From IMG/VR virus record IMGVR_UViG_3300043395_003024, positions 64,001 through 128,000 of that record: a stretch of 64,000 nt of DNA; one strand, given 5' to 3'. Position 1 is the stretch's first letter; every line of letters starts with the position of its first letter. The DNA comes from a virus. The translations under genes were made by a program, and so were the position numbers. Below, in pieces: positions 1 to 9,746 of this stretch. The notes beneath the pieces are model-generated. The model had not been told where the DNA came from, did not search any database, and was given only the letters and a program-made list of their open reading frames with translations.

Positions 1-349
1 CGCTACGCACTACAGTTGTCAATCTATCTCGCATTAATGTGGCTGCTTCGTTGCCCTCGTCTCTCACCCATATATAGGTGCGCATGCTGTAGTTGACGCG
101 ATATAGGGGGTCTGCGCTGTCATAGCCAATACGCTCCAGTCCATTCATGGAAAGGGCTACTGTAATTATTGACGGCCATTCGTCTATCGCTAATGGCTCG
201 TGCGCTATGTACTGCGCTGGGTCCGGTAGGTCAGTGCTATCCAGATTCCAGCCATTTCTATATCTAATAATTCTTATCGGTATGTCACGCGCAAGATAAT
301 CGTTTACGTATTTTTTGGCAGCGTGAGAGCCGTTCATTAGGGGTGTCAC
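1..349 (-). CDS. Partial CDS, probable tail terminator/neck protein (runs off window start)
   Basis: Open frame from GTG at 349 (overlaps stop of 346..846), MTPLMNGSHAAKKYVNDYLARDIP...WPSIITVA...YRVNYSMRTYIWVR; follows head-tail joining genes. Confidence 0.55.
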   Translation of the reverse strand, partial: MTPLMNGSHAAKKYVNDYLARDIPIRIIRYRNGWNLDSTDLPDPAQYIAHEPLAIDEWPSIITVALSMNGLERIGYDSADPLYRVNYSMRTYIWVRDEGNEAATLMRDRLTTVVRS

Positions 350-846
350 GTTATTTTGCTCCCCTCAACGACATATTGGATTGTCTTTTTTTCAATATCT
401 CTATCAAAATCCCTCGGAACAAAAACAATTTTTCTTGCCGGCATATCCTGTGTGCCGAATTGATGGAATTTGGCAATAGGGTTGTCTACGACGAATTCTG
501 CAGACATATCTGTCATCACGTTTTTTGGACTCGAGCCGATACTTGCAACGCTCCTGAATAGACCGCCAGTTACGACAAGAGGTGGCGCTCCCGGGATATG
601 CATGAATTTCCAAGCTGCATACTCTTCATCAAGCGGAGGCCACGCACCCTTGAGCATTGCTTTTGCCGACATCGCGCCCATTGTTGTGAAGTTTTTTGTA
701 TAGGCACGTTCAAGGTGATTTTTTGCCCAGTGCAATACAGGCCCAAAATCTTGTGCCCTATCGCGCATATTTCTTAAGCGGTCTACGGCATCTTTCCCCC
801 GCCAATCAACGTCTTTTATATAGACATAAACCTCTTTTGACGCCAT
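346..846 (-). CDS. Virion morphogenesis / tail completion protein (Mu gpG / HK97 gp10-like)
   Basis: Motifs WPPL...Y...K, PLVVTGGLFRS, IAKFHQFGTQDMPARK. Confidence 0.75.
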   Translation of the reverse strand: MASKEVYVYIKDVDWRGKDAVDRLRNMRDRAQDFGPVLHWAKNHLERAYTKNFTTMGAMSAKAMLKGAWPPLDEEYAAWKFMHIPGAPPLVVTGGLFRSVASIGSSPKNVMTDMSAEFVVDNPIAKFHQFGTQDMPARKIVFVPRDFDRDIEKKTIQYVVEGSKIT

Positions 847-849
847 GCT

Positions 850-1494
850 TTATGCCTGAATTCTTCTATATTTACGCAGCGATGCAAGCTCGGAATCAAG
901 GAAGCCAGTCACAAGTGGGCCAGTGTTTCTTGTGTTCAAATCTTTTACGGCAACCACATCGTCGTGCATATTTTGCATCTCACGTGAAGCGGCACGAAGA
1001 ATCATCAGCTTTAATGCCGGTATCGAAGTACCGTCTAGACCTGCCGTATAAGTGACCGTGATTAGGTCGTCTGAGTACCCGTAGTAGTAGTCAATACCGT
1101 ACTTGCGAGGGATATAGTCCGTTTCTTCAACAAGTATTTTTTCAGCTCCAAATAAAGGTTTTACTTTAACCTCTATGATGGAGACAATCGGTGTATTGCG
1201 AAAGTAGATTGATGGCGGTGGGGTTGCCCATGTTGTCATATCGTTCCGCGGGCTAGTCGTAAATGACGAGTTATATGTGTTGTCATTTGCTGTGAGGAAT
1301 GTCCCCATGGGGACTCCTGTGTGTGTCGAGTCAAGTCGATGTTCTTCCTCGAACTCTGCAACTTCTATTGGCCGACGGAGGAATGCCTCAAGTTCGCTCT
1401 GCAGGCCAGCTAGAATCATTTCTGCAGCATCCTCTTGACGGGCAGATAGCCTGATGTCCATATATGTCTTGATGTCGTTGACTGAGACAATCAT
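850..1494 (-). CDS. Head-tail connector/adaptor (HK97 gp6 / SPP1 gp15-like)
   Basis: N-term VSVNDIKTYM, ITVTYTAG, ALKLMILRAA; AGGAG RBS upstream of ATG 1494. Confidence 0.75.
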   Translation of the reverse strand: MIVSVNDIKTYMDIRLSARQEDAAEMILAGLQSELEAFLRRPIEVAEFEEEHRLDSTHTGVPMGTFLTANDNTYNSSFTTSPRNDMTTWATPPPSIYFRNTPIVSIIEVKVKPLFGAEKILVEETDYIPRKYGIDYYYGYSDDLITVTYTAGLDGTSIPALKLMILRAASREMQNMHDDVVAVKDLNTRNTGPLVTGFLDSELASLRKYRRIQA

Positions 1495-1613
1495 GGCCAC
1501 TCCTGTTATAAAGCGATTTTGCAAATAAATGCAGTATCAAATTCTAACACCAAGTATATGCGTAGGGGTATAGGGAGATTGACTGAAGCATGTCATGGGT
1601 ATAAATTGTCCAT

Positions 1614-1916
1614 ATGACGGCCGAGCAACTATTTATGCCAACTATTGAATTCTCGGAAGGGGAGAGAGTTGCGGCAAATACCGACATCCTCGAAAGAGTG
1701 GCTCGGATACTTTTCGTAATATTCATGGACGACGACAACCCCATGAGCGAAGATGAAGTCGATGAACTCGCCGAAGACGTATTCGGGATGGCGTCAGTTC
1801 TCATGGCCGTTGCCGGAATGAATATTGTTGGAAGAAACTCAGAGGGCGACTATGTTGCCAGATTCAAGCCATATAAATCGCTGGAACACTTCTCAAAAGA
1901 AAAAGGCATCAAATGA
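1614..1916 (+). CDS. Small acidic hypothetical protein (paralog family with 1913..2317 and 58900..59145)
   Basis: ATGA overlap with next gene; similarity to neighbour. Confidence 0.7.
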   Translation: MTAEQLFMPTIEFSEGERVAANTDILERVARILFVIFMDDDNPMSEDEVDELAEDVFGMASVLMAVAGMNIVGRNSEGDYVARFKPYKSLEHFSKEKGIK

Positions 1917-2317
1917 CAGTCACAAATCCTGTGGACAATATAGCTGTACAGCGTTTTGCCAACGAAGCGGATAAACGCGCAGCAAATGCAAGAGTCCTAA
2001 AAAACGTTCTAGAAGTCATGTTTTTTTGGCTAGAGGAGGACCAGGAAAATCTTGACGACGATGACCAAGTAGAAATTTTTACTGACTTCTTATGGTCTAT
2101 TGCCGTTTCTGCCCTGTCTTCGACAAATATAAACATTATCGGCAAAGACGAGAATGGTCGCCTAATTGCGACAATTGAGCCGTATGAGTCGGTCAAGGAT
2201 TTCCTAATCAAGGAAGACATAGGCGAAGACGACCATGTCTTTTATGAGGATTTCCTAGAGAGTGTTGGGCTCGACTCTGGCTTTGGGCGTCACGACGACA
2301 AGTTCATGAGGTCGTAG
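1913..2317 (+). CDS. Small acidic hypothetical protein (paralog of 1614..1916)
   Basis: NIIGKDENGRLIATIEPYES vs NIVGRNSEGDYVARFKPYKS. Confidence 0.7.
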   Translation: MTVTNPVDNIAVQRFANEADKRAANARVLKNVLEVMFFWLEEDQENLDDDDQVEIFTDFLWSIAVSALSSTNINIIGKDENGRLIATIEPYESVKDFLIKEDIGEDDHVFYEDFLESVGLDSGFGRHDDKFMRS

Positions 2318-2336
2318 TTAAATAGGGTTAACCCTA

Positions 2337-3059
2337 TTACTTCTTTCTGCCGCCGCCAGTCTTCCCCTTGCCCTTACTGCCGGCGCCCTTAACATTCTTG
2401 GCCCGTTCTCTCTGCCGTTGCGCGTTGCGAATCGCTGACTTCGGCAAAGGCGGACGTATTGGTAGGCCCGGCTTTCTGGTTGTTGTTGCGCCACGCGGCC
2501 GGTTGACAATGTCGCTGGACCCAGTTCTTGCCTTGGCAATGTTGAGCTTGTCGACTTGGGCCAACAGATTGTCTGGCTTGGTAGAACGTGGTGCAATCTT
2601 GGTTTTACCAAAACTTGCGCCGTTTCTATTCATGCGGCGCTGAACCTTAGCCTCTAGCTCGCGGAACTTCTTCGGCCTCGTGCGTCCGACGTACCATGTA
2701 CCCTCTGGGGTCTTCGAGCTTCCAGCCTTGCGTCCGCCCGGCACGCCACGGTCGACGAACTCCTGGGTAACAGATTTCTTCATCTGCCCACCAGTTCTCC
2801 AGTCTTTGGCTATTGCGCTTCTCGGCTTTGAGCCGCCATACCTAGCCATCTCTGCCAGGTCACCAAGCTTGCCTTTCTCAAATCTATCGCCGCCAACACC
2901 AAAAATATCTTTTGCTATCTGCTTGTATGAGGTATATCTGGCTGTATCACGCTTGCTGAGTTTCAGGCCCTTACGCATGCGGGCTTGGGCGTCTTTAACA
3001 AAGTCAACAATTTCAGCAGCATCGTCTGAAATGTCTGGGCCGTAGCGTACTCCGGGCAT
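2337..3059 (-). CDS. Highly basic K/R/G-rich protein, possible nucleic-acid-binding virion protein
   Basis: 240 aa, GAGGAG RBS, K/R-rich composition. Confidence 0.6.
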   Translation of the reverse strand: MPGVRYGPDISDDAAEIVDFVKDAQARMRKGLKLSKRDTARYTSYKQIAKDIFGVGGDRFEKGKLGDLAEMARYGGSKPRSAIAKDWRTGGQMKKSVTQEFVDRGVPGGRKAGSSKTPEGTWYVGRTRPKKFRELEAKVQRRMNRNGASFGKTKIAPRSTKPDNLLAQVDKLNIAKARTGSSDIVNRPRGATTTRKPGLPIRPPLPKSAIRNAQRQRERAKNVKGAGSKGKGKTGGGRKK

Positions 3060-3106
3060 AGTGCTCCTCTAGTCTGTTCAACAAATATACCAGAAAACAC
3101 TTTTAT

Positions 3107-3664
3107 TTATCTGTCAGGATTTGGCGGTCTTTCGATAGAAAATGATTCCTGCTCAACTGAGCCAGGTGGAGCCTCGATTGGAATCCATGCGCGGGCGTAA
3201 ATATGTTCTTTTAGTTTTCTTGTTTTTAGTAGTGAGCCATCGAGCATTATTGATAGCTCTTCTGCTCGCATGCAAAGCATGTCCTCAAAGTCCGATACAC
3301 CGTATTTGCCTGAACGCTTTACAGCTCGCACTATTTCAGACGTCTTTTTGGCTAAAACCTGGGAATGACCTCTATTTAGCCTGAGGTGCAGAAGCATTGC
3401 GTCGATTTTATCTAAATCATGGAATATGACAGGAATCTTGCCAGAGCTCTTTTTTAGTATTTGCGGAATATTCGTCGCTAGAAGAAACCGCTCAGAGCCG
3501 TCAATAATTTCCCCCGTAGCCAGCCTTACGTGAATCGGTTGAATAAAACCAAACTGAGATAGTGATGCTGATATGACAAGCATCTCTGGACGAAGCGTAT
3601 ATGTTGCTCTCCATTCTGGGACCGAAAGAACCGATGGGTCAACGTATTCAATATTAATACTCAT
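3107..3664 (-). CDS. ParB/Srx-like protein (IbrB-like)
   Basis: SLSQFGFIQPIHV, EIIDGSERF, HLRLNRG; overlaps PAPS-reductase gene. Confidence 0.75.
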   Translation of the reverse strand: MSINIEYVDPSVLSVPEWRATYTLRPEMLVISASLSQFGFIQPIHVRLATGEIIDGSERFLLATNIPQILKKSSGKIPVIFHDLDKIDAMLLHLRLNRGHSQVLAKKTSEIVRAVKRSGKYGVSDFEDMLCMRAEELSIMLDGSLLKTRKLKEHIYARAWIPIEAPPGSVEQESFSIERPPNPDR

Positions 3665-4793
3665 AAATGTCTGCTCTTTCCATTTCGACGGCCCTTATTG
3701 CGTGAGCCTTAGTCTTTGGCCCAACTGGCGTCGGCGAGTTAACGTCTATGTCGTTGAGCATCAGGTTTCTGATTAGCCAGCTAACTGGGTAACCATGAGG
3801 GTCAGTCAGGTGTTTCTTTCTGAATTTTGAAACATATGCTCTTGCTTCTGTTTTTCTTCTATCGCCGATTAGGTACTCGTCGATAAAACTTGATGCACCG
3901 TCAAACCCAAGACGCGCATAGCTTTCTATTAGCTGCTCGGAGTCAAACTCTGGCCAAAGCCTGCGCTGCGCATCGATGTATGGAAAGCACTCAAAAAGCC
4001 TGTCATAGAATTCTGGCTCAGTCGCTATAACGTCACCGATTCTTCGAATTGCGGTTGCGTGGAGGGGTATGCCAACGCGCGTATTGCTTCCAGTCATTGC
4101 GGCCAGGTCATAATACTCGCAGTACTCAGCACCATGTTCTTCAATGATGAACTTGAAAACATCATTCGTGTTCCAGTCATAAATGACTTTTGCGAACTTG
4201 AGTGGTATTCCTTTTTTTAGCTTGTATGGCGTATTGATATAGTTTTCATGCAGCTTTTGAACAATTGACCTATACCTGACCATTGATTCACTTGCGCGTA
4301 CTCCTGTAAGAAAAGCAACATTTCCTCTTTTGCCCTGCATTGTGTAGTAGTCGGTTTGCTCTGGCAGCGAAACGCTGTGACTGAGACCAAAATGTTTTCC
4401 GCTTATTGCCCAGGGCGGCATTTGACGGACCCATCTATCCTGGTCGAAGCGCTCCTGGCTCCACAGCAGTGTTGTGATTCTGTAACCGAGCACCCATATT
4501 TCGGCAGGATACGGAAGGCAGTACCATTCCATGTCGACCCAATCATAATTCCGTACTCTTTCGACGTAGTCTGCAACGACAGGGCTAACCATTTCTTCGT
4601 CACGGAAAATAACCTTCACAGGGCCAAGACCGCGCTCTTCATGCACTTCTTTTGCAAGCAGCAAGACAGCGGTGGAGTCCTTGCCGCCAGAAAACTGGAC
4701 ACAGACAGTGTCAAATGTGTCGTAAACGTGTCTGATTCTTTGTCGAGCAGCGTCTACGCAACTCATGTCTAGGAAAAGCCTCTGACGTGTCAT
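3654..4793 (-). CDS. PAPS reductase-family PP-loop protein (IbrA/DndC-like)
   Basis: VQFSGGKDST PP-loop, FRDEE, TGVRASESMVR, IYDWNTNDVF. Confidence 0.85.
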   Translation of the reverse strand: MTRQRLFLDMSCVDAARQRIRHVYDTFDTVCVQFSGGKDSTAVLLLAKEVHEERGLGPVKVIFRDEEMVSPVVADYVERVRNYDWVDMEWYCLPYPAEIWVLGYRITTLLWSQERFDQDRWVRQMPPWAISGKHFGLSHSVSLPEQTDYYTMQGKRGNVAFLTGVRASESMVRYRSIVQKLHENYINTPYKLKKGIPLKFAKVIYDWNTNDVFKFIIEEHGAEYCEYYDLAAMTGSNTRVGIPLHATAIRRIGDVIATEPEFYDRLFECFPYIDAQRRLWPEFDSEQLIESYARLGFDGASSFIDEYLIGDRRKTEARAYVSKFRKKHLTDPHGYPVSWLIRNLMLNDIDVNSPTPVGPKTKAHAIRAVEMERADIYEY

Positions 4794-4794
4794 G

Positions 4795-4995
4795 TCAGTA
4801 TTTTGCGATTTGGTTCAGGCGTAGATTTTCGGCTCTAAGTTCATTGTTTATGCTTAGGGCCTGTTCAGCTATTGACTTCCAGTGGTCGCATTCAGCAATG
4901 CGTTTTGTGAGTACTTCGAGCACTTCGGCGCATTCTGTTTTTGAAATACGACCTCTACCCAGGAGGTAGATGCATTTTTGCTCAATTTGGTCCAT
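4795..4995 (-). CDS. Hypothetical protein
   Basis: Fills the gap exactly in a tight minus-strand operon. Confidence 0.6.
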   Translation of the reverse strand: MDQIEQKCIYLLGRGRISKTECAEVLEVLTKRIAECDHWKSIAEQALSINNELRAENLRLNQIAKY

Positions 4996-4996
4996 T

Positions 4997-5869
4997 TTAA
5001 ATCTCGATGTGTTGGTCTATGAAATCGATTAATTTTTCCGCTGTTGTGTTTCCGACAACTGCTGGGTCAGAGCGAAGCCACTTAATGAATTCGTACCACC
5101 GAGCTTGTTGCGCAGTATTGTCAAACACTAGCGTGTATTGGACTACGGCCTGTGGAGCGGAACCAGGAGCAACCGTTGTTGAGCCTCGAACGACTGCGTC
5201 GTTTTGGTCAATCCCCGGTCTGATATCTATGCGCTGCTTGCCGTCGTCCGTCTGCGTAACGGAAACAGCATTTCTGTCTAGCGCCGGCCTGGCGTGGGAT
5301 GGTTCTTCATGCTCATCCTCCTCGTAATCTTCGTACCTATCCAGTTTTGTGCTTCCGGACGTAAACCCATTCCCGGACGTATCGGAAATAACTGGAGGGA
5401 TAAATCCAGCCCCAGGCTCAATAATCCTGTTGTCCTGGCGAATGACCTTTTGCTCTATCTCCGCAGTAGAAAACTCATCCCACCCCAGGCCCGTCATTAG
5501 TTCTGGGTAGACATCTGCAAGCTCCAGAATGACTTCGTTTAGAAGCTCCGGCTCAGTGTATCCAAGTTCCATTGTTCGGTTGTCCGCAATGGCAAACGCA
5601 ATAGCCCGCTCGCCGTCAACCTCGTATGGAACGGCTGCTATTTTGTCCCACCCAAGCTGCTTGGCTGCCTGTAGCTGGTGATTTCCGGCGATTACGGTTG
5701 CCGTGCCATCATCGTTTGGGCGTATAACGATTGGCTTGACCTGCCCAAACTCTTTGTATGACGACATAATCGCCGCAACATCGCCGCGCCGCGGGTTATT
5801 GTCGAGGGGGATAAGGTCGTCTATGTCGACAGCCAGGGAAATGAGCGATTCATGTATTCCGTGCGCCAT
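4997..5869 (-). CDS. ParB N-terminal domain protein
   Basis: NNPRRGD, FGQVKPIV, VIAGNHQLQAAKQLGW, IADNRT. Confidence 0.85.
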   Translation of the reverse strand: MAHGIHESLISLAVDIDDLIPLDNNPRRGDVAAIMSSYKEFGQVKPIVIRPNDDGTATVIAGNHQLQAAKQLGWDKIAAVPYEVDGERAIAFAIADNRTMELGYTEPELLNEVILELADVYPELMTGLGWDEFSTAEIEQKVIRQDNRIIEPGAGFIPPVISDTSGNGFTSGSTKLDRYEDYEEDEHEEPSHARPALDRNAVSVTQTDDGKQRIDIRPGIDQNDAVVRGSTTVAPGSAPQAVVQYTLVFDNTAQQARWYEFIKWLRSDPAVVGNTTAEKLIDFIDQHIEI

Positions 5870-5873
5870 TGTG

Positions 5874-6215
5874 TTATACCTGCGTTCTTACGTTTGCGTT
5901 AAGGGTTCTTATTGCATCCATGGAGGAGCGAACAGAGAGAAGTTTTTCCCTTTTTGCTTTGACCAAGGCCTCGGCACATTTGTACTCAAATAGCTCTTGG
6001 TCCAGCTTGTAGTCAGCCCAAGCCTCGCGTTCCTTAATTGAACCCTTGGCAGAAAGGTACTCACGGGCCCAATTAGCCTTGTATAGGGCCTCTTTTTTGG
6101 CCATGTCCATCGATAGCGACTCGAACTGCTCTGTTTCGTTTTCAAGACTGTCCATCAGTCTTAGAAGTTCTTGCTCAATATCTACCTGACTGATAGGTGT
6201 CGTTCTCATTCTCAT
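5874..6215 (-). CDS. Helical hypothetical protein (possible recombination mediator)
   Basis: Coiled-coil composition; overlaps RuvC gene. Confidence 0.55.
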   Translation of the reverse strand: MRMRTTPISQVDIEQELLRLMDSLENETEQFESLSMDMAKKEALYKANWAREYLSAKGSIKEREAWADYKLDQELFEYKCAEALVKAKREKLLSVRSSMDAIRTLNANVRTQV

Positions 6216-6742
6216 ATTCCCTCTTCAATTAAGTCGTTTATCGGCGACCAGTCTACTTTTGTCAAGCCGTCGAGCTGTTCTTTTGTCCAGAATATTGTTG
6301 ACTTTTTGGTGTATGTAAGAACCATTTGCTCCAGCACCCAGGCATCGCATTCATCGTCTGCGCCGGCACCGAGAAACGTGAGACCAGTCTTTGCCGATAT
6401 TGCCGATATGACTTCGGCCTTCCCGGCATTCCCCTTCCCGGTTGCGAACTTCGCCCTACAGGTGGGCGGAACGTCGACAAACGGGATTCCTGACTCCCAA
6501 AGCCTCATGCGGACAGCTCCGCCAAGTTCACCAATACTGTGCGCCTGGCTATTGCGTGAGGCAAATGAATACCCTTCGATAATAACGGCGTCTATATTAT
6601 GTTTGATAATTAAATCAATAATCTCATTAGAGACTATTGACAATCTTTCTGGGCCTTTTGTTTTTGTTGAGATTATTCCGGTTTCGCCGTTTATGCAGTA
6701 TCCGGTAGACGTGAGTGAAAGGTCAAGCCCCAGAAAGTGCAT
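6212..6742 (-). CDS. ruvC: RuvC-like Holliday junction resolvase
   Basis: LGLDLSLTSTG, IIEGY, ELGGAVR, KFATGKGNAGK, DDECDA. Confidence 0.85.
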   Translation of the reverse strand: MHFLGLDLSLTSTGYCINGETGIISTKTKGPERLSIVSNEIIDLIIKHNIDAVIIEGYSFASRNSQAHSIGELGGAVRMRLWESGIPFVDVPPTCRAKFATGKGNAGKAEVISAISAKTGLTFLGAGADDECDAWVLEQMVLTYTKKSTIFWTKEQLDGLTKVDWSPINDLIEEGI

Positions 6743-6857
6743 AATCGCTGACTATAGCAAATACAAAGGCGGGCAGTTGCTCAACTAGAACATCCACCCG
6801 CCGATGTACCTATACCATCCCCAGGTAGCGATTACTGAGAATGATTAAATAATACAC

Positions 6858-7214
6858 TCACTCCCAGGAATGCTTGGCCAGTCCTAGAGAAAAAGCCAAT
6901 TCTGGCTCATTTCCTATCCGCGTATGGCATTGACGGCATACGGATACAAGGTTTTCCCTGTCAAGAATTGAACCACCCTGCGAACGTCTAATTAGCTCGT
7001 GAATGTCAACGCTATTTCTATGGATGAACGTTGATAGCCCATCATGTTTTGCGAACAGCGGACAAGCAAAACAAAGCGGAAACTCGGCCAACATTTCAGC
7101 GACAATCTTGCGACGCTCAACATAGACCTTCTCTGTTTTTTTACTGCGTTTTGCTATTGGTTTAGCCTGACGCTTCAGTGGCGTCCGCTTCATCGGTTTC
7201 TTACGCTCCATCAA
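6858..7214 (-). CDS. Small HNH-type nuclease
   Basis: CFAC ... DIHELIRRSQGG ... NLVSVCRQCH. Confidence 0.75.
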   Translation of the reverse strand: MMERKKPMKRTPLKRQAKPIAKRSKKTEKVYVERRKIVAEMLAEFPLCFACPLFAKHDGLSTFIHRNSVDIHELIRRSQGGSILDRENLVSVCRQCHTRIGNEPELAFSLGLAKHSWE

Positions 7215-7228
7215 AGCGCAAGACTACA

Positions 7229-7744
7229 TCAAAGATTGTCGTTGTTAATGAGGTCGAACGTCCATTTTCCGTCAAGACAGTCCCAAAGTGAACGGTCGAT
7301 TGCCGTATCCTCAAGGTCAAACTCTCGGAGCATATTGCGGTGTGTGATAATAGCCCTGCGGTAGAAGTCGACTTCTTTCCAGCCATCGCTTTGCGTGGCC
7401 TCGCCGGTTTCAATCATCACGCAGACTTCGTCAAGCTTTCTATCAACATGGTACTTAAATCTCTTGATTTTGCTTGCCTTGTCGTCGTAATAGCGGCGAG
7501 TTTCGTTCGTAAGTTTGTTCCCCTTGGAACCGAGAGAGGAGTATCGCCTTTGGTCTGACTCGTTGTCTGCCTCGATTGATTCAATCTGACGCTGCAGATT
7601 CTCGGAAAGAGCAACAAGTGCTCGCTTCCATCTATCCCAGTTTTCTGGACGACGGAGTTCTTCACGCTCAATAGGTGTTACCTTGTTTTTGACCTCTTCG
7701 GCAACCATTCTGGCGAAGGTGTCATCATTCCATTTTGCGCTCAT
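7229..7744 (-). CDS. Hypothetical coiled-coil protein
   Basis: Start re-called at ATG 7744 (MSAKW), after the stop of the upstream gene. Confidence 0.65.
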   Translation of the reverse strand: MSAKWNDDTFARMVAEEVKNKVTPIEREELRRPENWDRWKRALVALSENLQRQIESIEADNESDQRRYSSLGSKGNKLTNETRRYYDDKASKIKRFKYHVDRKLDEVCVMIETGEATQSDGWKEVDFYRRAIITHRNMLREFDLEDTAIDRSLWDCLDGKWTFDLINNDNL

Positions 7745-7754
7745 AAAAGATTTC

Positions 7755-8537
7755 CTATCGCTGCCACGCTGGGCAAATCGACTTGAATCCACACCAGTTA
7801 CAGAGGATTGTTTTGTTTGGCTCAAAATACCCTTCCTTGCATCTCTTTTCGATTCCCTGTCTTACTTCGGCGATAACTGACGCGACTTTATTGACATCAT
7901 CTGCCGTAATTTCTTTCGCAAACCTCACTCCATCTTTCAGATAGAGAAGTTCCACTTCAAGTTTTTCTGCATCAATTCCAGCGCTTTTTAGCAACTGAGT
8001 GTAAATGATTAATTGGAAAAACTTGTCATCGATGTAGTTTTTTTTCGGAGTTTTGCCGGTCTTATAGTCAGAAACTTTTGCCGTATTTCCAGAAAAATGA
8101 AGTCTATCTATAAATCCATGCAGTTTAATCCCGGAAATCTCGCCCTCCACATGCTCTTCTATGGCATAGGGCTCAACTTCCATTGGCTCCTCAAGAGCCC
8201 ATAGATTTTCAACACACCACCACGCAGTCCATCTGAAAAGCTTTAACTCTTTTTCAGAACGAATGAGCGTTGTTACTTGTTCTTCCCACTTTGACGCCCA
8301 TAAATCACGGGCCAGAATTCTCGCCGTGTCCTGCGTTCTCTGTTCTGCCGGAAGCGCATACATCGTTTCGAGTATTTCATGAACAAAGTTTCCCAACATT
8401 GTTGCCTCTGTTGGCGAATCCATGAGTCCATCTATCTTGCTGAACTTGAACTTCAGCGGGCATTGCTGAAACGTGGAGATGGAAGACGGTGAAAGTCTGT
8501 CTGGGGCTACAAGGAGCGCTGGCTCATCAGTTGCCAT
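7755..8537 (-). CDS. PD-(D/E)xK RecB/Cas4-like exonuclease
   Basis: LSPSSISTFQQCP, GNFVH, GFIDRL, DYKTGK, C-terminal CNWCGFKSICP. Confidence 0.9.
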   Translation of the reverse strand: MATDEPALLVAPDRLSPSSISTFQQCPLKFKFSKIDGLMDSPTEATMLGNFVHEILETMYALPAEQRTQDTARILARDLWASKWEEQVTTLIRSEKELKLFRWTAWWCVENLWALEEPMEVEPYAIEEHVEGEISGIKLHGFIDRLHFSGNTAKVSDYKTGKTPKKNYIDDKFFQLIIYTQLLKSAGIDAEKLEVELLYLKDGVRFAKEITADDVNKVASVIAEVRQGIEKRCKEGYFEPNKTILCNWCGFKSICPAWQR

Positions 8538-9204
8538 CTGTTTCCTCTACTAGCGTTGCGCCGAAAGATAGACGCATTGCTTCGACAACAAGCGCGTCGA
8601 TGTCGTCTTCGGTTGCAGTAGTCAGTGTCGGCTTGGGCTTGCCGCCAGAGTGCTTTTCCCAGAAGCTATTCAGTGAATCCTTTTGCTCCTGTGACAGCGT
8701 CTTGGTGATTGAAACGAAATTGGACCACTTCTCTCCGAGGGGGGAGACTGGCTGTTCCTGTGGGGCTGAGTAGATGGCATCTTCGGCGTCCAACGCATCT
8801 GCTGAACGGGCCAGGTAGAGGCCAACTCCGAGCTGCTGGGCGGCTTTCTTGAGTGCGTCCGAAACTGCGCCCTTGAAATCATTGCCGAGGTCAACTGGCT
8901 TGTTGTCCTTTTTCTGTCGCTTAACCGTCTGGCCGCCGAATCCGTCCTTGACAACCTTGTTTCCGTTGATGGTTGCAGTCAGAGACACGTGAGCGATTAT
9001 TTCGTCAGTGTCAACGTGGTCACGGTACACGGACTGAATCTTGAAAGACCAGCTGTCAACGCCTAGAACCTTGTTGAGCCTATTGATTACTTCGCTGATT
9101 GGTAGATAGACGAGCGAGACACCGCTCTTTACGAGCGTCTTTTCCATTTCTTCGGGAAACGGCTCCGCGAGCAGTCGAGCGATTTCGTTGCTATTTGTTG
9201 TCAT
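8527..9204 (-). CDS. Rad52/Sak-like single-strand annealing protein
   Basis: YLPISEVINRLNKVLG..WSF, KDGFG, KGAVSDALKKAAQQLGVGLYL. Confidence 0.85.
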   Translation of the reverse strand: MTTNSNEIARLLAEPFPEEMEKTLVKSGVSLVYLPISEVINRLNKVLGVDSWSFKIQSVYRDHVDTDEIIAHVSLTATINGNKVVKDGFGGQTVKRQKKDNKPVDLGNDFKGAVSDALKKAAQQLGVGLYLARSADALDAEDAIYSAPQEQPVSPLGEKWSNFVSITKTLSQEQKDSLNSFWEKHSGGKPKPTLTTATEDDIDALVVEAMRLSFGATLVEETDGN

Positions 9205-9215
9205 TTTCTTTCTTT

Positions 9216-9710
9216 CTATGACTTTGGTTTGCGGACAATGATGCTGGTCTTGAGGTCGCCAACTTCGCTGAAGTTATCTGCGTTCAGACCAATTTTGTTC
9301 AGTTCTTTGATTCTCCAGTACGAAGGAGCGCAGTATGTAAGCATCTCCTCTGCTATCTCTTTTGGAGACTTTGTGATTTCTCCGGTGTCCATGTCAATTG
9401 ACATCTTCACGAGGCGGTCGGCAACGGCAGAACCGAGGTCAGCATGCTTCCAACCCTTTCTGTCGTAAGAAGACTTCTTTTCAATTGTTGTTCCATCTGG
9501 GAGAAGAAGCGTCTCGGTAGGTCCCATTATCTCGGAAAGTGCTCCAGCAAATGAGTCATAGACGATGGAGACATCTCTCTTCAGAAAGTTCAGTTCAGCG
9601 AGAGCGACACCAGCTTCTTCTGCTGTGGGGTTGTCTCTCAGAAAAGACGCAACGACATTATCCAAATCAATGATTGCGGAACGGAGTTCTTGGATTTTAT
9701 CCAAGCTCAT
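9216..9710 (-). CDS. Hypothetical protein
   Basis: 164-aa ORF with GAGG RBS in recombination operon. Confidence 0.65.
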   Translation of the reverse strand: MSLDKIQELRSAIIDLDNVVASFLRDNPTAEEAGVALAELNFLKRDVSIVYDSFAGALSEIMGPTETLLLPDGTTIEKKSSYDRKGWKHADLGSAVADRLVKMSIDMDTGEITKSPKEIAEEMLTYCAPSYWRIKELNKIGLNADNFSEVGDLKTSIIVRKPKS

Positions 9711-9746
9711 TATTAGTACCTCGTATGTGTCTAGTTTGGTGATGGT

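Noticed and set aside
7755-8537. Cas4-like nuclease as evidence of CRISPR-Cas
   Set aside because: No array or other cas genes; paired with a Rad52-like annealing protein as a normal recombination module.
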